Origin: Escherichia phage T7
DNA: 37,681 nt
Sequence record: MZ375246.1
Reading direction: 5' to 3' (one strand)
Translations under genes and position numbers: made by a program
Part shown: piece by piece, positions 31,501 to 37,681 of the stretch
Numbering within the stretch: the first letter of the stretch is position 1
How the letters are laid out: each line of letters begins with the position of its first letter
Notes under the pieces: generated by a model
Seen by the model: only the letters and a program-made list of their open reading frames with translations
The model's database searches: none
What the model was told of the DNA's origin: nothing

Positions 31501-32502
31501 ACTAAGCTACTGAACGGAACCACTAACTACCTTCTGGATGCTGCGCGTCAAGGTATGCTTGGGGATGTTATTAGTGCCACCCTAACAGGTAAGACTACCC
31601 GCTGGGAGAAAGAAGGCTTCCTTCGTGGTGCCTCCGTAACTCCTGAGCAGATGGCTGGCATCAAGTCTCTCATCAAGGAACATATGGTACGCGGTGAGGA
31701 CGGGAAGTTTACCGTTAAGGACAAGCAAGCGTTCTCTATGGACCCACGGGCTATGGACTTATGGAGACTGGCTGACAAGGTAGCTGATGAGGCAATGCTG
31801 CGTCCACATAAGGTGTCCTTACAGGATTCCCATGCGTTCGGAGCACTAGGTAAGATGGTTATGCAGTTTAAGTCTTTCACTATCAAGTCCCTTAACTCTA
31901 AGTTCCTGCGAACCTTCTATGATGGATACAAGAACAACCGAGCGATTGACGCTGCGCTGAGCATCATCACCTCTATGGGTCTCGCTGGTGGTTTCTATGC
32001 TATGGCTGCACACGTCAGAGCATACGCTCTGCCTAAGGAGAAACGTAAGGAGTACTTGGAGCGTGCACTGGACCCAACCATGATTGCCCACGCTGCGTTA
32101 TCTCGTAGTTCTCAATTGGGTGTTCCTTTGGCTATGGTTGACCTAGTTGGTGGTGTTTTAGGGTTCGAGTCCTCCAAGATGGCTCGCTCTACGATTCTAC
32201 CTAAGGACACCGTGAAGGAACGTGACCCAAACAAACCGTACACCTCTAGAGAGGTAATGGGCGCTATGGGTTCAAACCTTCTGGAACAGATGCCTTCGGC
32301 TGGCTTTGTGGCTAACGTAGGGGCTACCTTAATGAATGCTGCTGGCGTGGTCAACTCACCTAATAAAGCAACCGAGCAGGACTTCATGACTGGTCTTATG
32401 AACTCCACAAAAGAGTTAGTACCGAACGACCCATTGACTCAACAGCTTGTGTTGAAGATTTATGAGGCGAACGGTGTTAACTTGAGGGAGCGTAGGAAAT
32501 AA
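28546..32502 (+). CDS. 16: Internal core protein gp16 with N-terminal lytic transglycosylase domain
   Basis: 1318-aa ORF MDKYDKNVPSDYDGLFQKAADANGVSYDLLRKVAWTESRF... (SLT-like motif). Confidence 0.98.
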   Translation: MDKYDKNVPSDYDGLFQKAADANGVSYDLLRKVAWTESRFVPTAKSKTGPLGMMQFTKATAKALGLRVTDGPDDDRLNPELAINAAAKQLAGLVGKFDGDELKAALAYNQGEGRLGNPQLEAYSKGDFASISEEGRNYMRNLLDVAKSPMAGQLETFGGITPKGKGIPAEVGLAGIGHKQKVTQELPESTSFDVKGIEQEATAKPFAKDFWETHGETLDEYNSRSTFFGFKNAAEAELSNSVAGMAFRAGRLDNGFDVFKDTITPTRWNSHIWTPEELEKIRTEVKNPAYINVVTGGSPENLDDLIKLANENFENDSRAAEAGLGAKLSAGIIGAGVDPLSYVPMVGVTGKGFKLINKALVVGAESAALNVASEGLRTSVAGGDADYAGAALGGFVFGAGMSAISDAVAAGLKRSKPEAEFDNEFIGPMMRLEARETARNANSADLSRMNTENMKFEGEHNGVPYEDLPTERGAVVLHDGSVLSASNPINPKTLKEFSEVDPEKAARGIKLAGFTEIGLKTLGSDDADIRRVAIDLVRSPTGMQSGASGKFGATASDIHERLHGTDQRTYNDLYKAMSDAMKDPEFSTGGAKMSREETRYTIYRRAALAIERPELQKALTPSERIVMDIIKRHFDTKRELMENPAIFGNTKAVSIFPESRHKGTYVPHVYDRHAKALMIQRYGAEGLQEGIARSWMNSYVSRPEVKARVDEMLKELHGVKEVTPEMVEKYAMDKAYGISRSDQFTNSSIIEENIEGLVGIENNSFLEARNLFDSDLSITMPDGQQFSVNDLRDFDMFRIMPAYDRCVNGDIAIMGSTGKTTKELKDEILALKAKAEGDGKKTGEVHALMDTVKILTGRARRNQDTVWETSLRAINDLGFFAKNAYMGAQNITEIAGMIVTGNVRALGHGIPILRDTLYKSKPVSAKELKELHASLFGKEVDQLIRPKRADIVQRLREATDTGPAVANIVGTLKYSTQELAARSPWTKLLNGTTNYLLDAARQGMLGDVISATLTGKTTRWEKEGFLRGASVTPEQMAGIKSLIKEHMVRGEDGKFTVKDKQAFSMDPRAMDLWRLADKVADEAMLRPHKVSLQDSHAFGALGKMVMQFKSFTIKSLNSKFLRTFYDGYKNNRAIDAALSIITSMGLAGGFYAMAAHVRAYALPKEKRKEYLERALDPTMIAHAALSRSSQLGVPLAMVDLVGGVLGFESSKMARSTILPKDTVKERDPNKPYTSREVMGAMGSNLLEQMPSAGFVANVGATLMNAAGVVNSPNKATEQDFMTGLMNSTKELVPNDPLTQQLVLKIYEANGVNLRERRK

Positions 32503-32522
32503 TACGACTCACTATAGGGAGA
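32500..32522 (+). promoter_or_regulatory. T7 promoter phi17
   Basis: taatacgactcactatagggaga overlapping gene 16 stop. Confidence 0.9.
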
Positions 32523-32574
32523 GGCGAAATAATCTTCTCCCTGTAGTCTCTTAGATTTACTTTAAGGAGGTCAA

Positions 32575-34236
32575 ATGGCTAACGTAATTAAAACCGTTTT
32601 GACTTACCAGTTAGATGGCTCCAATCGTGATTTTAATATCCCGTTTGAGTATCTAGCCCGTAAGTTCGTAGTGGTAACTCTTATTGGTGTAGACCGAAAG
32701 GTCCTTACGATTAATACAGACTATCGCTTTGCTACACGTACTACTATCTCTCTGACAAAGGCTTGGGGTCCAGCCGATGGCTACACGACCATCGAGTTAC
32801 GTCGAGTAACCTCCACTACCGACCGATTGGTTGACTTTACGGATGGTTCAATCCTCCGCGCGTATGACCTTAACGTCGCTCAGATTCAAACGATGCACGT
32901 AGCGGAAGAGGCCCGTGACCTCACTACGGATACTATCGGTGTCAATAACGATGGTCACTTGGATGCTCGTGGTCGTCGAATTGTGAACCTAGCGAACGCC
33001 GTGGATGACCGCGATGCTGTTCCGTTTGGTCAACTAAAGACCATGAACCAGAACTCATGGCAAGCACGTAATGAAGCCTTACAGTTCCGTAATGAGGCTG
33101 AGACTTTCAGAAACCAAGCGGAGGGCTTTAAGAACGAGTCCAGTACCAACGCTACGAACACAAAGCAGTGGCGCGATGAGACCAAGGGTTTCCGAGACGA
33201 AGCCAAGCGGTTCGAGAATACGGCTGGTCAATACGCTACATCTGCTGGGAACTCTGCTTCCGCTGCGCATCAATCTGAGGTAAACGCTGAGAACTCTGCC
33301 ACAGCATCCGCTAACTCTGCTCATTTGGCAGAACAGCAAGCAGACCGTGCGGAACGTGAGGCAGACAAGCTGGAAAATTACAATGGATTGGCTGGTGCAA
33401 TTGATAAGGTAGATGGAACCAATGTGTACTGGAAAGGAAATATTCACGCTAACGGGCGCCTTTACATGACCACAAACGGTTTTGACTGTGGCCAGTATCA
33501 ACAGTTCTTTGGTGGTGTCACTAATCGTTACTCTGTCATGGAGTGGGGAGATGAGAACGGATGGCTGATGTATGTTCAACGTAGAGAGTGGACAACAGCG
33601 ATAGGCGGTAACATCCAGTTAGTAGTAAACGGACAGATCATCACCCAAGGTGGAGCCATGACCGGTCAGCTAAAATTGCAGAATGGGCATGTTCTTCAAT
33701 TAGAGTCCGCATCCGACAAGGCGCACTATATTCTATCTAAAGATGGTAACAGGAATAACTGGTACATTGGTAGAGGGTCAGATAACAACAATGACTGTAC
33801 CTTCCACTCCTATGTACATGGTACGACCTTAACACTCAAGCAGGACTATGCAGTAGTTAACAAACACTTCCACGTAGGTCAGGCCGTTGTGGCCACTGAT
33901 GGTAATATTCAAGGTACTAAGTGGGGAGGTAAATGGCTGGATGCTTACCTACGTGACAGCTTCGTTGCGAAGTCCAAGGCGTGGACTCAGGTGTGGTCTG
34001 GTAGTGCTGGCGGTGGGGTAAGTGTGACTGTTTCACAGGATCTCCGCTTCCGCAATATCTGGATTAAGTGTGCCAACAACTCTTGGAACTTCTTCCGTAC
34101 TGGCCCCGATGGAATCTACTTCATAGCCTCTGATGGTGGATGGTTACGATTCCAAATACACTCCAACGGTCTCGGATTCAAGAATATTGCAGACAGTCGT
34201 TCAGTACCTAATGCAATCATGGTGGAGAACGAGTAA
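32575..34236 (+). CDS. 17: Tail fiber protein (gene 17)
   Basis: 553-aa ORF MANVIKTVLTYQLDGSNRDFNIPFEYLARKF... Confidence 0.98.
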   Translation: MANVIKTVLTYQLDGSNRDFNIPFEYLARKFVVVTLIGVDRKVLTINTDYRFATRTTISLTKAWGPADGYTTIELRRVTSTTDRLVDFTDGSILRAYDLNVAQIQTMHVAEEARDLTTDTIGVNNDGHLDARGRRIVNLANAVDDRDAVPFGQLKTMNQNSWQARNEALQFRNEAETFRNQAEGFKNESSTNATNTKQWRDETKGFRDEAKRFENTAGQYATSAGNSASAAHQSEVNAENSATASANSAHLAEQQADRAEREADKLENYNGLAGAIDKVDGTNVYWKGNIHANGRLYMTTNGFDCGQYQQFFGGVTNRYSVMEWGDENGWLMYVQRREWTTAIGGNIQLVVNGQIITQGGAMTGQLKLQNGHVLQLESASDKAHYILSKDGNRNNWYIGRGSDNNNDCTFHSYVHGTTLTLKQDYAVVNKHFHVGQAVVATDGNIQGTKWGGKWLDAYLRDSFVAKSKAWTQVWSGSAGGGVSVTVSQDLRFRNIWIKCANNSWNFFRTGPDGIYFIASDGGWLRFQIHSNGLGFKNIADSRSVPNAIMVENE

Positions 34237-34294
34237 TTGGTAAATCACAAGGAAAGACGTGTAGTCCACGGATGGACTCTCAAGGAGGTACAAG

Positions 34295-34498
34295 GTGCTA
34301 TCATTAGACTTTAACAACGAATTGATTAAGGCTGCTCCAATTGTTGGGACGGGTGTAGCAGATGTTAGTGCTCGACTGTTCTTTGGGTTAAGCCTTAACG
34401 AATGGTTCTACGTTGCTGCTATCGCCTACACAGTGGTTCAGATTGGTGCCAAGGTAGTCGATAAGATGATTGACTGGAAGAAAGCCAATAAGGAGTGA
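34295..34498 (+). CDS. 17.5: Holin (gene 17.5)
   Basis: 67-aa ORF with hydrophobic segment MLSLDFNNELIKAAPIVGTGVADVSARLFFGLSL... Confidence 0.92.
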   Translation: MLSLDFNNELIKAAPIVGTGVADVSARLFFGLSLNEWFYVAAIAYTVVQIGAKVVDKMIDWKKANKE

Positions 34499-34503
34499 TA
34501 TGT

Positions 34504-34773
34504 ATGGAAAAGGATAAGAGCCTTATTACATTCTTAGAGATGTTGGACACTGCGATGGCTCAGCGTATGCTTGCGGACCTTTCGGACCATGAGCGTCGCT
34601 CTCCGCAACTCTATAATGCTATTAACAAACTGTTAGACCGCCACAAGTTCCAGATTGGTAAGTTGCAGCCGGATGTTCACATCTTAGGTGGCCTTGCTGG
34701 TGCTCTTGAAGAGTACAAAGAGAAAGTCGGTGATAACGGTCTTACGGATGATGATATTTACACATTACAGTGA
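34504..34773 (+). CDS. 18: Terminase small subunit (gene 18)
   Basis: 89-aa MEKDKSLITFLEMLDTAMAQRML... (internal start in track ORF 34495..34773). Confidence 0.93.
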   Translation: MEKDKSLITFLEMLDTAMAQRMLADLSDHERRSPQLYNAINKLLDRHKFQIGKLQPDVHILGGLAGALEEYKEKVGDNGLTDDDIYTLQ

Positions 34774-34775
34774 TA

Positions 34776-34860
34776 TACTCAAGGCCACTACAGATAGTGG
34801 TCTTTATGGATGTCATTGTCTATACGAGATGCTCCTACGTGAAATCTGAAAGTTAACGGG
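34776..34860 (+). promoter_or_regulatory. RNase III site R18.5 hairpin region
   Basis: aaggccactacagatagtggtcttta stem-loop between genes 18 and 18.5. Confidence 0.55.
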
Positions 34861-34867
34861 AGGCATT

Positions 34868-35299
34868 ATGCTAGAATTTTTACGTAAGCTAATCCCTTGG
34901 GTTCTCGCTGGGATGCTATTCGGGTTAGGATGGCATCTAGGGTCAGACTCAATGGACGCTAAATGGAAACAGGAGGTACACAATGAGTACGTTAAGAGAG
35001 TTGAGGCTGCGAAGAGCACTCAAAGAGCAATCGATGCGGTATCTGCTAAGTATCAAGAAGACCTTGCCGCGCTGGAAGGGAGCACTGATAGGATTATTTC
35101 TGATTTGCGTAGCGACAATAAGCGGTTGCGCGTCAGAGTCAAAACTACCGGAACCTCCGATGGTCAGTGTGGATTCGAGCCTGATGGTCGAGCCGAACTT
35201 GACGACCGAGATGCTAAACGTATTCTCGCAGTGACCCAGAAGGGTGACGCATGGATTCGTGCGTTACAGGATACTATTCGTGAACTGCAACGTAAGTAG
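34868..35299 (+). CDS. 18.5: Gene 18.5 Rz-like spanin (inner-membrane component)
   Basis: 143-aa ORF with N-terminal transmembrane segment MLEFLRKLIPWVLAGMLFGLGWHLG... Confidence 0.9.
   Translation: MLEFLRKLIPWVLAGMLFGLGWHLGSDSMDAKWKQEVHNEYVKRVEAAKSTQRAIDAVSAKYQEDLAALEGSTDRIISDLRSDNKRLRVRVKTTGTSDGQCGFEPDGRAELDDRDAKRILAVTQKGDAWIRALQDTIRELQRK
34983..35234 (+). CDS. 18.7: Gene 18.7 Rz1-like spanin (outer-membrane lipoprotein) embedded in 18.5 in another frame
   Basis: 83-aa embedded ORF containing a lipobox-like ATISGCASES. Confidence 0.75.
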   Translation: MSTLRELRLRRALKEQSMRYLLSIKKTLPRWKGALIGLFLICVATISGCASESKLPEPPMVSVDSSLMVEPNLTTEMLNVFSQ

Positions 35300-35320
35300 G
35301 AAATCAAGTAAGGAGGCAAT

Positions 35321-37081
35321 GTGTCTACTCAATCCAATCGTAATGCGCTCGTAGTGGCGCAACTGAAAGGAGACTTCGTGGCGTTCCTATTCGTCTTATG
35401 GAAGGCGCTAAACCTACCGGTGCCCACTAAGTGTCAGATTGACATGGCTAAGGTGCTGGCGAATGGAGACAACAAGAAGTTCATCTTACAGGCTTTCCGT
35501 GGTATCGGTAAGTCGTTCATCACATGTGCGTTCGTTGTGTGGTCCTTATGGAGAGACCCTCAGTTGAAGATACTTATCGTATCAGCCTCTAAGGAGCGTG
35601 CAGACGCTAACTCCATCTTTATTAAGAACATCATTGACCTGCTGCCATTCCTATCTGAGTTAAAGCCAAGACCCGGACAGCGTGACTCGGTAATCAGCTT
35701 TGATGTAGGCCCAGCCAATCCTGACCACTCTCCTAGTGTGAAATCAGTAGGTATCACTGGTCAGTTAACTGGTAGCCGTGCTGACATTATCATTGCGGAT
35801 GACGTTGAGATTCCGTCTAACAGCGCAACTATGGGTGCCCGTGAGAAGCTATGGACTCTGGTTCAGGAGTTCGCTGCGTTACTTAAACCGCTGCCTTCCT
35901 CTCGCGTTATCTACCTTGGTACACCTCAGACAGAGATGACTCTCTATAAGGAACTTGAGGATAACCGTGGGTACACAACCATTATCTGGCCTGCTCTGTA
36001 CCCAAGGACACGTGAAGAGAACCTCTATTACTCACAGCGTCTTGCTCCTATGTTACGCGCTGAGTACGATGAGAACCCTGAGGCACTTGCTGGGACTCCA
36101 ACAGACCCAGTGCGCTTTGACCGTGATGACCTGCGCGAGCGTGAGTTGGAATACGGTAAGGCTGGCTTTACGCTACAGTTCATGCTTAACCCTAACCTTA
36201 GTGATGCCGAGAAGTACCCGCTGAGGCTTCGTGACGCTATCGTAGCGGCCTTAGACTTAGAGAAGGCCCCAATGCATTACCAGTGGCTTCCGAACCGTCA
36301 GAACATCATTGAGGACCTTCCTAACGTTGGCCTTAAGGGTGATGACCTGCATACGTACCACGATTGTTCCAACAACTCAGGTCAGTACCAACAGAAGATT
36401 CTGGTCATTGACCCTAGTGGTCGCGGTAAGGACGAAACAGGTTACGCTGTGCTGTACACACTGAACGGTTACATCTACCTTATGGAAGCTGGAGGTTTCC
36501 GTGATGGCTACTCCGATAAGACCCTTGAGTTACTCGCTAAGAAGGCAAAGCAATGGGGAGTCCAGACGGTTGTCTACGAGAGTAACTTCGGTGACGGTAT
36601 GTTCGGTAAGGTATTCAGTCCTATCCTTCTTAAACACCACAACTGTGCGATGGAAGAGATTCGTGCCCGTGGTATGAAAGAGATGCGTATTTGCGATACC
36701 CTTGAGCCAGTCATGCAGACTCACCGCCTTGTAATTCGTGATGAGGTCATTAGGGCCGACTACCAGTCCGCTCGTGACGTAGACGGTAAGCATGACGTTA
36801 AGTACTCGTTGTTCTACCAGATGACCCGTATCACTCGTGAGAAAGGCGCTCTGGCTCATGATGACCGATTGGATGCCCTTGCGTTAGGCATTGAGTATCT
36901 CCGTGAGTCCATGCAGTTGGATTCCGTTAAGGTCGAGGGTGAAGTACTTGCTGACTTCCTTGAGGAACACATGATGCGTCCTACGGTTGCTGCTACGCAT
37001 ATCATTGAGATGTCTGTGGGAGGAGTTGATGTGTACTCTGAGGACGATGAGGGTTACGGTACGTCTTTCATTGAGTGGTGA
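35321..37081 (+). CDS. 19: Terminase large subunit (gene 19)
   Basis: 586-aa [52 protein letters not shown]... Confidence 0.98.
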
Positions 37082-37162
37082 TTTATGCATTAGGACTGCA
37101 TAGGGATGCACTATAGACCACGGATGGTCAGTTCTTTAAGTTACTGAAAAGACACGATAAAT

Positions 37163-37185
37163 TAATACGACTCACTATAGGGAGA
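37163..37185 (+). promoter_or_regulatory. T7 promoter phiOR (associated with secondary origin)
   Basis: taatacgactcactatagggaga. Confidence 0.9.
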
Positions 37186-37339
37186 GGAGGGACGAAAGGT
37201 TACTATATAGATACTGAATGAATACTTATAGAGTGCATAAAGTATGCATAATGGTGTACCTAGAGTGACCTCTAAGAATGGTGATTATATTGTATTAGTA
37301 TCACCTTAACTTAAGGACCAACATAAAGGGAGGAGACTC

Positions 37340-37387
37340 ATGTTCCGCTTATTGTTGAACCTACTGCGGCATAGAGTCAAGTCCTAA
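37340..37387 (+). pseudogene. 19.5: Gene 19.5 remnant (MFRLLLNLLRH... then out-of-context tail; 15 codons)
   Basis: ATG with ggagga RBS at the expected position, but the ORF stops after 15 codons; offset arithmetic implies about 189 bp missing here. Confidence 0.55.
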
Positions 37388-37535
37388 GGTATACCCATAA
37401 AGAGCCTCTAATGGTCTATCCTAAGGTCTATACCTAAAGATAGGCCATCCTATCAGTGTCACCTAAAGAGGGTCTTAGAGAGGGCCTATGGAGTTCCTAT
37501 AGGGTCCTTTAAAATATACCATAAAAATCTGAGTG
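37385..37535 (+). repeat. Right-end short repeat array next to TR (CCTAAAG / CCTAAGG-type motifs)
   Basis: Repeated cctaaggt, acctaaag and cctatag motifs visible in the sequence. Confidence 0.65.
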
Positions 37536-37539
37536 ACTA

Positions 37540-37681
37540 TCTCACAGTGTACGGACCTAAAGTTCCCCCATAGGGGGTACCTAAAGCCCAGCCAATCACC
37601 TAAAGTCAACCTTCGGTTGACCTTGAGGGTTCCCTAAGGGTTTGTCTTTGGGTGTTACCTTGAGTGTCTCTCTGTGTCCCT
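37540..37681. repeat. Right terminal direct repeat (TR)
   Basis: 37541..37681 is identical to 1..141. Confidence 0.9.

Noticed and set aside
35955-36677. Embedded alternative-frame ORFs inside gene 19 (19.2-like at 35955..36224 and a possible 19.3-like ORF near 36504..36677)
   Set aside because: They correspond to hypothetical T7 ORFs 19.2/19.3, but there is no independent evidence of translation. Left unannotated.

Overview
This window is essentially a complete linear genome of a T7-type coliphage (Teseptimavirus), very close at the nucleotide level to Escherichia phage T7. Identical terminal direct repeats sit at both ends (1..141 and 37541..37681). All genes read left to right on the + strand. 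Every ORF-track protein assigned below matches a T7 protein I recognise: early genes 0.3 (ocr), 0.7 kinase and gene 1 RNA polymerase; the DNA metabolism genes 1.1 to 6; and the structural, lysis and packaging genes 6.5 to 19. The 23-bp T7 RNA polymerase promoters, the three host-polymerase early promoters A1-A3, the TE and Tphi terminators and RNase III hairpins are all readable. I found no new defence or mobile system; this is a well-known phage. What stands out is that the genome is about 2.26 kb shorter than the canonical 39,937-bp T7, and gene-boundary offsets against the reference coordinates I remember place that loss in five internal deletions plus an 18-bp shortening of each terminal repeat. 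The five are: most of 0.4 through 0.6 (about 563 bp); gene 1.4, apparently excised exactly start-to-stop (156 bp), which alters phi1.5 at -16/-15; gene 3.8 (about 292 bp), leaving an in-frame 3.8(N-term)-4A fusion ORF; the 4.2 tail through 4.3/4.5/4.7 (about 1019 bp); and 19.5 (about 189 bp). This pattern fits a laboratory-evolved or engineered T7 derivative. All deletion calls rest on my memory of the reference, not on an alignment I could run, so breakpoints are approximate and point mutations are largely invisible to me.
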